Shown one piece after another: positions 8,055 to 17,566 of a DNA stretch of 64,000 bases (positions are counted from its first letter, which is position 1; each line of letters starts with the position of its first letter). Both the position numbers and the translations under genes were made by a program. Location: NCBI GenBank assembly GCA_963843685.1, contig CAWJLO010000005.1, positions 790 to 64,789 on the forward strand, given 5' to 3'. The notes beneath the pieces are model-generated. The model made no database searches, was not told where the DNA came from, and worked only from the letters and a program-made list of their open reading frames with translations. This stretch comes from an uncultured Chloroflexia bacterium. GTDB lineage: Bacteria > Chloroflexota > Dehalococcoidia > DSTF01 > JACRBR01.

Positions 8055-9401
8055 ATGGACATTGAGCAACGTTATGTCGAGCTACATCCTTCGTCGCGTC
8101 GGCTCCACGAGCGCGCCCTGCGCCTCTTCCCCAACGGCGTCACCCACGACATGCGGCACGCCACCCCCTTCCCGCTCTACGTCGCAAGCGCCGCCGGCAG
8201 CCGAAAGGTCGACGTCGACGGCAACCAGATCGTCGACTTCGTCATGGGCCACGGCGCCCTGCTCCTCGGCCACCAGCACCCTGCGGTGACGGAGGCGGTG
8301 CAGGCGCAAGCGGCCCGCGGCACGCACTACGGCGCCTCCCACGAGCTGGAGATCCGCTGGGGCGAGCTGGTGCAGCGGATCGTGCCCTCCGCGGAGCACC
8401 TGCGTTTCACGTCGTCCGGCACCGAGGCGACGATGATGGCCGCTCGGCTGGCGCGCGCCTTCACCGGCCGGGAGAAGATCATCCGTCTGCGCGAGCACTT
8501 CCACGGATGGAACGACAGCGTCAGCGGCCAACCTCAACTCGAGGAGACCGTGCCTTCGTCGCCAGGGCTGACGCGCGGCGCGCTCGAGGGCTCGATCGTG
8601 CTGCCGCAGGGTGACGTCGAGGCCCTTGAGCGCACCCTCCGCGAGGACGGCGGCGTGATCGCGGCGATGATCTTCGAAACGACAGGCGCGCACTGGGGCA
8701 CGGAGCCGATGGACCTCGAATACGTGCGGCGTGCGCGCGAGCTGACGGAGCAGCACGGTGTGCTCTTGATCTTCGATGAGGTGATCACGGGATTCCGTGT
8801 CGCGCCGGGCGGCGCGCAGGAGGCGTACGGCATCACGCCTGACCTGACGACGCTGGCGAAGATCCTCGCCGGCGGACTGCCCGGCGGGTGCGTCGCCGGA
8901 CGCGCTGACGTCATCGACCAGATCGCCATCCGTGATGACGGCACGCGCGACCGCGTCTCGCACCAGGGCACGTTCAACGCCAACCCCCTGTCGTCGGCCG
9001 CCGGCGGCGCGTGTCTCGCACTGATCGAAACCGGCGAGCACCAGCGGCGCGCCAACGAGACGGCCGCGAAGCTCGCCCGCGCGATGAACGCCGTCTTCCA
9101 GGAGGAATCGATCGCCGGCAGCGTCTACGGTCAAGCGTCGATGCTGCACGTCGCGCTCGGCTTCGACCAGCAGCCGCCGGACGGCTACTCGTGGGGCTGG
9201 CGCCGGCTCCCCTGCTCGCCGCCGCGCGTCGCGCCCGCCGCGGCGAAGGCATTGCGGCTCGGCATGATCAACGAGGGTGTGGACTTGATGTCCGGCGGCA
9301 TGATGGTGTCCTCCGCGCACGGCGATGCCGATGTCGACGTGACCGTGCAGGCGTTCCGGCGCACGTTGCGCGCGATGAAAGACGAAGGGCTCGCCGGCTG
9401 A
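8055..9401 (+). CDS. class III aminotransferase, glutamate-1-semialdehyde 2,1-aminomutase-like
   Basis: GSA-aminomutase family motifs are present (DVDGNQIVDFVMGHGALLLGHQHPAV, a Gly-rich PLP region, FDEVITGFR). An upstream in-frame ATG at 8007 would give an Ala-rich extension. Confidence 0.8.
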   Translation: MDIEQRYVELHPSSRRLHERALRLFPNGVTHDMRHATPFPLYVASAAGSRKVDVDGNQIVDFVMGHGALLLGHQHPAVTEAVQAQAARGTHYGASHELEIRWGELVQRIVPSAEHLRFTSSGTEATMMAARLARAFTGREKIIRLREHFHGWNDSVSGQPQLEETVPSSPGLTRGALEGSIVLPQGDVEALERTLREDGGVIAAMIFETTGAHWGTEPMDLEYVRRARELTEQHGVLLIFDEVITGFRVAPGGAQEAYGITPDLTTLAKILAGGLPGGCVAGRADVIDQIAIRDDGTRDRVSHQGTFNANPLSSAAGGACLALIETGEHQRRANETAAKLARAMNAVFQEESIAGSVYGQASMLHVALGFDQQPPDGYSWGWRRLPCSPPRVAPAAAKALRLGMINEGVDLMSGGMMVSSAHGDADVDVTVQAFRRTLRAMKDEGLAG

Positions 9402-9638
9402 CTACTTGTCCGGGAACGTGACCAGCGAGGTCGTGCTCTCGATGCCCGGTATCGTCCGGATCTTGTCGCTGAGGATCGGCGGCACGTCGCTGAGCGACTC
9501 GACCTCGATCTCGATCACGATGTCGTAGGGGCCCATCACCTCGTGCAATTCCTTCACACCGGGGATGGCACGGACCGAGTTCACCACTTCCCTTGTGTTC
9601 CCCGGCTGCGTGACCACCAACACGTACGCCTTGATCAT
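9402..9638 (-). CDS. small Lrp/AsnC-type ligand-binding (RAM) domain protein
   Basis: MIKAYVLVVTQPGNTREVVNSVRAIPGVKELHEVMGPYDIVIEIEVESLSDV. An RBS AGGAGG lies 7 nt upstream of the ATG. Confidence 0.6.
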   Translation of the reverse strand: MIKAYVLVVTQPGNTREVVNSVRAIPGVKELHEVMGPYDIVIEIEVESLSDVPPILSDKIRTIPGIESTTSLVTFPDK

Positions 9639-9876
9639 GCCCTGCCTCCTGCGATTCTGATCAGGTGCGTCAGCGGTTGATCGAGAGGAACGGAGCACCG
9701 ATACTCAAGGAAAACCGCGGGACGAGCGCCTACTTGGTACAGGTTCCGCGAAGCGGCGTCAATCGTGTCTGCGCCCGGCGATGCGTGAACGCCCTAGTTA
9801 GGCGGGCCCTCGCTCGTGAGATACAATGTGTTCTTGGAGCCCGCTGCGCGTCTGCGCCGGGCGACCGCGCCACCGG

Positions 9877-10365
9877 ATGCACGGCGCGGCTGAGGCAAGC
9901 GTGGTCGAAGAGATCTTCCAGACCGACCCCATCAGCTCTCTCGGACTCCCCTTACCCGTATCGATCGGTCGCGACGCCACTGTTGGCGCCGCCCTCGCCG
10001 CCGTGCAGAAGCAGGGCCAGGGTTACGTGCTGATCGTCGACGACGGCAAGCCCGTCGGCATCATGAGCGAGCGCGAAGTCCTCATGCGTGTGGTTGCGCG
10101 CGACGTTAAGTACGACGAGAGCGTCGAGAAATACATGTCGCACGACCCTGAGACGCTGACGCAGAAGGATCAGATCGCCCAGGCGATCCAGATGATGAAC
10201 GAAGGCGGAGAGCGGAACATCCCGATCGTCAACGCGTCCGGCAGAGCCGTCGCCGTGCTCCGGACCGTCGACATCATTCACTTCCTGGCGGAGGCGTTCC
10301 CCGCGCAGGTGATGAACCTGCCGCCGAGGCCTCACCAACTCATCCCGGAACCGGAGGGGGCGTAG
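9877..10365 (+). CDS. CBS-domain pair protein
   Basis: Two CBS motifs are present; a TACAAT -10 sits at about 9822. An alternative GTG start is at 9901. The stop abuts the korA start. Confidence 0.6.
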   Translation: MHGAAEASVVEEIFQTDPISSLGLPLPVSIGRDATVGAALAAVQKQGQGYVLIVDDGKPVGIMSEREVLMRVVARDVKYDESVEKYMSHDPETLTQKDQIAQAIQMMNEGGERNIPIVNASGRAVAVLRTVDIIHFLAEAFPAQVMNLPPRPHQLIPEPEGA

Positions 10366-12227
10366 TGACAACGCTGACGAAACAGTCGAAGCAGCCGGAT
10401 CAGGGCGACGTACAGGAGCTGGAGCGCGTGACGATCCGCTTCGCCGGGGACTCCGGCGACGGCATGCAGCTTGCGGGCACGCAGTTCACCAAGACGTCGG
10501 CCGTGGCGGGCAACGACATCAGCACCTTCCCGGACATCCCGGCCGAGATCCGGGCGCCGCAGGGGTCGCTGCCGGGCGTCAGTGGTTTCCAGGTCAGCTT
10601 CTCCAGCCAGGACATCTACACGCCGGGCGACGCCCCCGACGTGCTCGTCGCCATGAACCCGGCGGCGCTGAAGACGAACCTCGCCGACCTGCCCCGCGGC
10701 GGCATCCTCGTCGTAAACGAGGATGAGTTCAACGAGACCAACCTCCGGAAGGCTGCCTACACGACGAACCCGCTCGAAGACGGCAGCCTCCGCTCGTACC
10801 GGCTCTTCCGGGTGCCGGTCTCGACGCTGAACGGCCGCGCGCTGCAGGAGAGCGGACTCACAGCCGTGCAGGTCGACCGCTGCAAGAACATGTTCGCGCT
10901 CGGCCTCATGTTCTGGATGTACAGCCGCTCGCTCGACACGACGCTGCGCTGGATCGACGAGAAGTTCGGCAAGAACAAGGCCGTCGCTGACGGCAACAAG
11001 ACATCGCTGAAGGCCGGCTATCACTTCGGCGAGACGACGGAGATGTTCGCCGCGCACTACCACGTGCCGAAGGCGAAGCTGAAGCCGGGCCTCTATCGCA
11101 ACATCACCGGCAACGAAGCGACCGCGCTCGGCTTCATCACGGCGTCGAAGCTGTCCGGCCGGCCGCTCTTCTACGGAAGCTACCCCATCACGCCGGCGAG
11201 CGACGTGCTGCACGAGCTGGCCCGCTTCAAGCGCTTCGGCGTGCGCACCTTCCAGGCTGAGGACGAGATCGCGGCGATCGGCGCGGCGATCGGCGCCTCG
11301 TTTGGCGGCGCGCTCGGACTCACGGGCACGAGCGGCCCCGGCGTGGCGCTCAAGAGCGAGGCAATTGGCCTCGCCGTGATGGTCGAGCTGCCGCTGGTGA
11401 TCATGGACGTACAGCGCGCCGGCCCAAGCACCGGCATGCCGACCAAGACGGAGCAGGGAGACCTGCTGCAGGCGATGTTCGGCCGTAACGGCGAGTCGCC
11501 CGTGGCGATCGTCGCGCCGGCCACCGCGTCGGACTGCTACCACATGGCCGTCGAGGCGTTCCGCATCGCCGTGAAGTACCGGACGCCCGTGATCTTCCTC
11601 TCGGACGGTTACCTCGGCATGGGTTCGGAGCCGTGGCTCGTGCCCGACGCGGACGCGCTGCCGCCCATCGACCCCAACTTCGCAGCCGACGCCGCGACCT
11701 TCATGCCCTACGCGCGTGATCCGAAGACCCTCGCGCGCCCATGGGCGATCCCCGGCACGCCTGACCTGGAGCACCGCATCGGCGGCCTCGAAAAGGCCGA
11801 CATCACCGGCAACGTCAGCTACGACCCCGCGAACCACGACAAGATGGTGCGGCTCCGCGCCGAGAAGATCGAACGCATCGTCCAGGACGTGCCCGACGTA
11901 GAGGTCACGGGCGACGATTCGGGAGGCCTGCTCGTACTTGGCTGGGGCAGCACGTACGGCGTCATCACCACGGCCGTGCAACGCGCGCGGGCGCAGGGGA
12001 AGCGCGTATCGGCGGCGCACCTGCGCTACCTGAACCCGCTTCCGGGCAACCTGGGCGAGGTCCTGCGTCGATACGACCAGGTGCTGATGCCGGAGATCAA
12101 CCTCGGACAGATGCGCATGCTGGTGCGCGCGAAGTACCTGGTGGACGTGGTCGGCCTCAACAAGGTCTCGGGCCGCCCGTTCACCATCGCCGAGGTCGAG
12201 AACAAGATCGCCGAGCTGCTCGGCTAG
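10365..12227 (+). CDS. korA: 2-oxoacid:ferredoxin oxidoreductase alpha subunit (long KorA type)
   Basis: 620 aa beginning MTTLTKQSKQPDQGDVQELERVTIRFAGDSGDGMQLAGTQF, with the pyruvate-flavodoxin/ferredoxin oxidoreductase domain. Confidence 0.85.
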   Translation: MTTLTKQSKQPDQGDVQELERVTIRFAGDSGDGMQLAGTQFTKTSAVAGNDISTFPDIPAEIRAPQGSLPGVSGFQVSFSSQDIYTPGDAPDVLVAMNPAALKTNLADLPRGGILVVNEDEFNETNLRKAAYTTNPLEDGSLRSYRLFRVPVSTLNGRALQESGLTAVQVDRCKNMFALGLMFWMYSRSLDTTLRWIDEKFGKNKAVADGNKTSLKAGYHFGETTEMFAAHYHVPKAKLKPGLYRNITGNEATALGFITASKLSGRPLFYGSYPITPASDVLHELARFKRFGVRTFQAEDEIAAIGAAIGASFGGALGLTGTSGPGVALKSEAIGLAVMVELPLVIMDVQRAGPSTGMPTKTEQGDLLQAMFGRNGESPVAIVAPATASDCYHMAVEAFRIAVKYRTPVIFLSDGYLGMGSEPWLVPDADALPPIDPNFAADAATFMPYARDPKTLARPWAIPGTPDLEHRIGGLEKADITGNVSYDPANHDKMVRLRAEKIERIVQDVPDVEVTGDDSGGLLVLGWGSTYGVITTAVQRARAQGKRVSAAHLRYLNPLPGNLGEVLRRYDQVLMPEINLGQMRMLVRAKYLVDVVGLNKVSGRPFTIAEVENKIAELLG

Positions 12228-12239
12228 TCAGGGGCAATC

Positions 12240-13274
12240 ATGGTAACCGCGAATCGCGGAGAAATCGGCGTCACCGGCCTCAGCAGGAAGGACTTCGTGT
12301 CCGACCAGGAGGTTCGATGGTGCCCGGGCTGCGGCGACTACTCGATCCTGGCCCAGACCCAGAAGGTGATGCCGGAGCTGGGCATCCCGCGCGAGAACAT
12401 CGTCTTCATCTCGGGGATCGGCTGCTCCAGCCGCCTCCCCTACTACATGAACACGTACGGCTTCCACAGCATCCACGGCCGCGCGCCGACGATCGCCAGC
12501 GGCCTGAAGGCGGCGCGCCCGGACCTCAGCGTCTGGGTGGTCACCGGTGACGGCGACGCGCTGAGCATCGGCGGCAACCACATCCTCCACGTGCTGCGCC
12601 GGAACGTCGACCTCCAGATCATCCTGCACAACAACGAGATCTACGGCCTCACGAAGGGCCAGTACTCGCCGACGTCCGAGCTGGGCAAGCGCACGAAGTC
12701 CTCGCCCTACGGCACGATCGACCGGCCTCTGCGGCCGCTCAGCGTCGCCATCGGGGCCGAGGCCACCTTCGTTGCCCGCTCGCTCGATGCCGACGCGCAC
12801 CACCTGCAGGCCACGCTGCAGCGCGCGTACGAGCACCACGGCACGTCGTTCGTCGAGGTCTACCAGAACTGCAACATCTTCAACGACGGCGCCTTCGCCG
12901 ACTTCACGGCGAAGGAGGTGCGTGCCGACCGCATGATCATGCTCGAGCACGGCCAGCCGATGATCTTCGGCAAGGAGCGCGACAAGGGCCTGCGCCTCAA
13001 CGGCATGGGGATCGAGGTCGTGCAGCTCGGCAACGGGATCACGGAGGATGACCTTCTCGTCCACGACGAGACGCGCGAGAACCCCAGCATCGCCTTCCTG
13101 CTCAGCCGCATGGACTATCCGGACTTCCCGGTGCCGATCGGTGTCCTCCGGGCCGTGCAGCGGCCGACCTACGACGCGATGATGACCGAGCAGGTCGAGC
13201 ACGCGATCCAGACCGAAGGCGTCGGCGACCTCAAGGAGATCTTCGTCGAGGGTGACACCTGGACGGTGGAGTAG
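12240..13274 (+). CDS. korB: 2-oxoacid:ferredoxin oxidoreductase beta subunit (TPP-binding)
   Basis: WCPGCGDYSILAQTQ...GIGCSSRLPYYMNTYGFHSIHGRAPTIASGLK, a canonical KorB. Confidence 0.85.
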   Translation: MVTANRGEIGVTGLSRKDFVSDQEVRWCPGCGDYSILAQTQKVMPELGIPRENIVFISGIGCSSRLPYYMNTYGFHSIHGRAPTIASGLKAARPDLSVWVVTGDGDALSIGGNHILHVLRRNVDLQIILHNNEIYGLTKGQYSPTSELGKRTKSSPYGTIDRPLRPLSVAIGAEATFVARSLDADAHHLQATLQRAYEHHGTSFVEVYQNCNIFNDGAFADFTAKEVRADRMIMLEHGQPMIFGKERDKGLRLNGMGIEVVQLGNGITEDDLLVHDETRENPSIAFLLSRMDYPDFPVPIGVLRAVQRPTYDAMMTEQVEHAIQTEGVGDLKEIFVEGDTWTVE

Positions 13275-13284
13275 GGGTTCGTCC

Positions 13285-13776
13285 GTGATCTGTCCAGAGT
13301 GCGGATTCGACAACATCCAGGGCGCGGACGTCTGCCGCAACTGCGGCAACGACCTCTACAACCGGCAGCCCGGCCGCGCGCCTGACTTCATCATGGCGCG
13401 CCTGCACGACATTCCGGCGCAATCGCCGGTGCGCGTTGACACGACCGATCCCGTCGCGCTCGCCGTGCGCCTGATGCAGAACGCAAACACCGACTGCGTG
13501 CTCGTGATGAGCGGCGCGCAGCTGGCCGGCATCATCACCCCGTGGGACATCCTTCACAAGGTCGCCGGCCCGAGCGAGGACCTCAACGCCGTGACGTGCG
13601 GCCAGGTGATGACCGCTGACCCCGTGTTCCTGCGTGAGGACGACGACGTCGCCGTCGCCATCAACAAGATGTCGATCGGCGGCTTCCGCCACATCCCCCT
13701 GCTCCAGGGCCGGACCCCGGTCGCCGTCGTCAGCATCCGCGACGTCTTCAGCCACCTCGCGCCGCACCTCGCGTAG
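13285..13776 (+). CDS. zinc-ribbon plus CBS-domain pair protein
   Basis: N-terminal CPECGF...CRNCGN is followed by two CBS domains. A GTG start at 13285 is probable, with a GGGG RBS upstream. Confidence 0.55.
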   Translation: MICPECGFDNIQGADVCRNCGNDLYNRQPGRAPDFIMARLHDIPAQSPVRVDTTDPVALAVRLMQNANTDCVLVMSGAQLAGIITPWDILHKVAGPSEDLNAVTCGQVMTADPVFLREDDDVAVAINKMSIGGFRHIPLLQGRTPVAVVSIRDVFSHLAPHLA

Positions 13777-13844
13777 CGCCCTAGTCCGCCCCCGTTCGGT
13801 CCGTTACGATTGCCTCCACACCACGGGAGACGCACGGAGCGACG

Positions 13845-14771
13845 TTGATGGCGCAAGCACCAGGTATTTCGCTACGGCCGATGGTTGAGGGCGACCTCGG
13901 TGTCGCCTCCTACATCGGCCGGGAGGCCATGGACGGCCTGCGGCTCAGTCAGGGCGAAGAGGTGCGGCCCTGGCAGCCGCGAGCGCCCTTCATGCAGCGC
14001 CACCTGCTCGGCACGGACCCCGACGGCGCCTGGATCGCCGAGATCAACGGCGCTCCCGTCGGCTACACCATGTCGCTCGTACGCGGCGACATCTGGTTCC
14101 TCTCGCAGCTCTTCGTCCAGCCCGACCAGCACGGCCATGGCGTCGGCGCTGCGCTGCTGGAGCGGACGCAGGCGTACGGTCGCGCGCGAGGCGCCACGAT
14201 CTTCTCGGTGATCGCGTCGTCGTCACGCGTGGCACACGCCCTCTACATGCGCGCCGGCATGTTCGCGACCGGCATCGGCTACCGCATGACGGGGCCTCTG
14301 GCGCCGCTCACCGAGCTGCCCGACGCAGACGCCAGCAAGAAGCGCATCGTCGACTGTAGCGGCTGGCAGGACCGCATCGCCGAACTGGACCGCGAGGTGT
14401 TCGGCGCCGAGCGGCGTCAAGATCACGCCTTCTATCTTGACGCCGAGAGTGCGGGCGCGCCGTCGGCGTCCTTCGGCCTCAGCCGGGACGGTCGCCTGCT
14501 TGCCTACGGCTACGCCGTCGCCGGCGACGGATTCATCGCACCGCTGGCCGCCTCGGAGCCGCAGGACCAGCTCCCCGTCCTGCGGATGGCCGCGGAGTGG
14601 CTCTCGGCGCAGCAGGAGAACGGCGACGTGCTCGTCTTGTCGCACAACCAGACGATCATGCGGGCGCTGCTCGCGGCGGGATGGAAGAGCCGCGGCTGGG
14701 TGTTCTTCATGACCTCCGCGCCGTTCGGCAAGTTCGACCGGTACCACCCGGCCGGCGGCGCGCTCCTGTAA
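13845..14771 (+). CDS. GNAT family N-acetyltransferase (two-domain)
   Basis: 308 aa with the acetyl-CoA-binding motif QLFVQPDQHGHGVGAALL. Confidence 0.6.
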   Translation: MMAQAPGISLRPMVEGDLGVASYIGREAMDGLRLSQGEEVRPWQPRAPFMQRHLLGTDPDGAWIAEINGAPVGYTMSLVRGDIWFLSQLFVQPDQHGHGVGAALLERTQAYGRARGATIFSVIASSSRVAHALYMRAGMFATGIGYRMTGPLAPLTELPDADASKKRIVDCSGWQDRIAELDREVFGAERRQDHAFYLDAESAGAPSASFGLSRDGRLLAYGYAVAGDGFIAPLAASEPQDQLPVLRMAAEWLSAQQENGDVLVLSHNQTIMRALLAAGWKSRGWVFFMTSAPFGKFDRYHPAGGALL

Positions 14772-14796
14772 CGTCGCACGCGGCCTATACTGGAGC

Positions 14797-16278
14797 GTGC
14801 CGACCGCCGCCAACACCACGTTCCCACCCGTCACCGCCGCCTGCGTCCGCGAGCTGCAGCGCGCGCTGGGCCGTGACCGTGTGCTCGCGACGCCGGAAGA
14901 GCTGATCGCCTACGAGTACGACGGCACCATCGAGCGCGGCAAGCCCCAGGCCGTCGTCTTCCCCGAGAGCACCGACCAGGTGGCGGCCGCGGTCAAGGTC
15001 GCCTACAGGTTCGGCGTGCCCGTAATCCCGCGCGGCGCCGGCACCGGGCTCAGCGGCGGCGCCATCGCGACCGTGGGTGGCGTCGTCATCGCGCTCACCC
15101 GCATGAAGCGCGTCCTGGAGGTCGACCCGGTGAACCGCATCGCCGTCGTCGAGCCGGGCGTCGTGAACCTGGACCTCAGCCGGGCCGTCGCCGGTCACGG
15201 CCTGTTCTACGCACCCGATCCCTCCAGCCAGCGCGCCTGCACGATCGGCGGCAACGTCGCCGAAAACGCCGGCGGTCCGCACTGCCTGGCGTACGGCGCG
15301 ACGACAAACCACGTGCTCGGCGTGGAGGTCGTGCTGGCCGACGGCGAGGTCGTTTGGCTCGGCGGCCGCACGCGGGACGTGCCCGGCTACGATCTCACCG
15401 GCGCCTTCGTCGGCTCCGAGGGTACGCTCGCCATCGCGACGAAGATCGTCGTGCGGCTGATGCGGCTGCCGGAGTCGACCCGCACGATGCTCGCCATCTT
15501 CGACTCGGTGGACGACGCCAGCAACGTCGTCTCCTCGATCATCGCTGCGGGCATCGTGCCGGCGGCGATGGAGATGATGGACCGCAACATCATCGCCGCC
15601 GTCGAGCCCGTGATCCACTCCGGCTACCCGCTCGATGCGGAGGCGGTGCTGCTGATCGAGGTCGACGGCCTCGAGGAGGCGACCGTCGAGCAGGCGGAAG
15701 AGGTGCGTCAGATCTGCGAAAACCACCACGCGCGAGAAGTGCGGCTCGCCGTCGATGCGAAGGACCGCGACCTCCTCTGGGCGGGGCGAAAGTCGTCGAT
15801 CAGCGCGCTCGGCCGGCTCTACCCCAACTACTACGTGCTCGATGGCGTGGTGCCCCGTACGAAGCTGCCGGAAGTGTTGCGCGAGGTCTACGCGGTCTCG
15901 GAGCGCTATGGCCTGGCCGTCGCGAACGTCTTCCATGCCGGCGACGGCAACCTCCATCCCAACCTGCTGTTCGACGAGCGCGAGCCGGGTGTGACGGCGC
16001 GCGTGCTGGAGGCCGGCGCCGAGATCATGCAGCTCTGCGTGGCGGCCGGCGGCAGCATCACCGGGGAGCACGGCGTCGGTCTGGAGAAGCGCGACTTCAT
16101 CGCCTGGGTGTACGACGAAGGCGATCTGGCCGCGATGAGCAAGCTCAAGGCGGCGTTCGGCGCCGAGGAACGATACAACCCCTGCAAGGCATTTCCGACC
16201 CATCGCGGCTGTGGGGAGGTCAACCAGGCCCACGTGCAGCGGCTCGCGGCGGCGCTGGGACCGGACGTCTATGTCTAG
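14797..16278 (+). CDS. glcD: glycolate oxidase subunit GlcD (FAD-linked oxidase)
   Basis: FAD-binding PCMH domain (VIPRGAGTGLSGGA) plus the C-terminal oxidase domain. Confidence 0.8.
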   Translation: MPTAANTTFPPVTAACVRELQRALGRDRVLATPEELIAYEYDGTIERGKPQAVVFPESTDQVAAAVKVAYRFGVPVIPRGAGTGLSGGAIATVGGVVIALTRMKRVLEVDPVNRIAVVEPGVVNLDLSRAVAGHGLFYAPDPSSQRACTIGGNVAENAGGPHCLAYGATTNHVLGVEVVLADGEVVWLGGRTRDVPGYDLTGAFVGSEGTLAIATKIVVRLMRLPESTRTMLAIFDSVDDASNVVSSIIAAGIVPAAMEMMDRNIIAAVEPVIHSGYPLDAEAVLLIEVDGLEEATVEQAEEVRQICENHHAREVRLAVDAKDRDLLWAGRKSSISALGRLYPNYYVLDGVVPRTKLPEVLREVYAVSERYGLAVANVFHAGDGNLHPNLLFDEREPGVTARVLEAGAEIMQLCVAAGGSITGEHGVGLEKRDFIAWVYDEGDLAAMSKLKAAFGAEERYNPCKAFPTHRGCGEVNQAHVQRLAAALGPDVYV

Positions 16279-17566
16279 TCTGACGGCCACCGCCAACGCT
16301 GACCGCTTCGTCGCCGCGCTCGCACCCTCGCTCGCGCCGGGGGGCGTGCGGCGCGACGATCTCGGCGAGTTCGTGGTCGACGGCATAGCCCCGTCGGTCG
16401 TGGTCGCGGTCGCGAGCCTGGAAGAGCTGCAGGCAGTGCTTCGGGAGGCGCACGGCGAAGGCCTGGCCGTCGTGCCGGCGGGGGGCCGCCAGCATTTGGG
16501 CGCCGGCAACGTCCCGTCGGCGTACGATGTCGCGCTGCGGCTCGCCGGGCTGGACGCAATGGTTGCGCACGAGCCGGCCGACATGACCGTGACGGTGCAG
16601 GCCGGCATGCGCCTGGCCGCGCTCAACGAGCACCTCGCGCGTCACGGCCAGACGCTGCCGCTCGATCCGCCGTGCGGTCCCGAGGCCACCGTGGGCGGCG
16701 TACTCGCGGCGAACGCGTACGGCCCGCTGCGGCACGCGTTCGGCACCGCTCGCGACTGGCTCATCGGCACGCAGGTCGTGCACGCCGATGGCGGCACGAG
16801 CCGTTCCGGCGGCCGGGTGGTGAAGAACGTGACCGGCTACGACACACACAAGCTCTACGTGGGCTCGCTCGGCACGCTGGCCGTGATCGCGGAGGCGACC
16901 TTCAAACTCGCTCCCTTGCCGAAGGTGGACCGGACGCTCACGCTCTCGTTCGATTCCGCCCGCGCCGCGTGCGGAGCAGTGCTGGCCGCCCGCGACGCCG
17001 GGTTGGCGGTTCACGCGGCCGAAGTGCTGTCTCCGGCGGCAGCGTCCGCGGTCTGCGGAGAGTCGCGCTGGGTGCTGCTCCTGCGCGTGGCCGGCGGTCC
17101 GGCGGCGGTCGAACGCAGCCTGCGCGACCTTCCGTCGCTCACGCGCGGTTCAACCATCTCGCAACGTAACGATTCGGCGCTCTGGGATGCGTGGGCGCAC
17201 GAGTTCAACCCGCGCGGGTTGGCCGCGCGCGCGGCCGTGCTGCCGTCCTCAGTGGCGCCGGCAATCGAGGCGCTCGACCGTGCGCTCGCGGGCTCCGCGC
17301 AGCGATTGTCAGCCACCGTGGCCGCTGGCCTGATCCGCATCGTTCTCGACGCCGCTGGCGACGAGGCTGCGGTCGTGGACCGCGCGAAGGACATCGTGTC
17401 CATGCACAACGGCACCGTCGTCGTCGATGCCGCCTCGCCCGCCCTGAAGGCGCGCATCGACGTGTTCGGCGCCTCGCGATCGGATCTGGCCATCATGCGA
17501 CGGCTCAAGGAGCAGTTCGATCCGCAGCGGATCCTCGCACCGGGTCGCTTCGCAGGGAGGCTGTGA
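16271..17566 (+). CDS. glcE: glycolate oxidase FAD-binding subunit GlcE
   Basis: The ATG overlaps the glcD stop (ATGTCTAG), and an FAD_binding_4 domain is present (VVPAGGRQHLGAG). Confidence 0.75.
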   Translation: MSSLTATANADRFVAALAPSLAPGGVRRDDLGEFVVDGIAPSVVVAVASLEELQAVLREAHGEGLAVVPAGGRQHLGAGNVPSAYDVALRLAGLDAMVAHEPADMTVTVQAGMRLAALNEHLARHGQTLPLDPPCGPEATVGGVLAANAYGPLRHAFGTARDWLIGTQVVHADGGTSRSGGRVVKNVTGYDTHKLYVGSLGTLAVIAEATFKLAPLPKVDRTLTLSFDSARAACGAVLAARDAGLAVHAAEVLSPAAASAVCGESRWVLLLRVAGGPAAVERSLRDLPSLTRGSTISQRNDSALWDAWAHEFNPRGLAARAAVLPSSVAPAIEALDRALAGSAQRLSATVAAGLIRIVLDAAGDEAAVVDRAKDIVSMHNGTVVVDAASPALKARIDVFGASRSDLAIMRRLKEQFDPQRILAPGRFAGRL

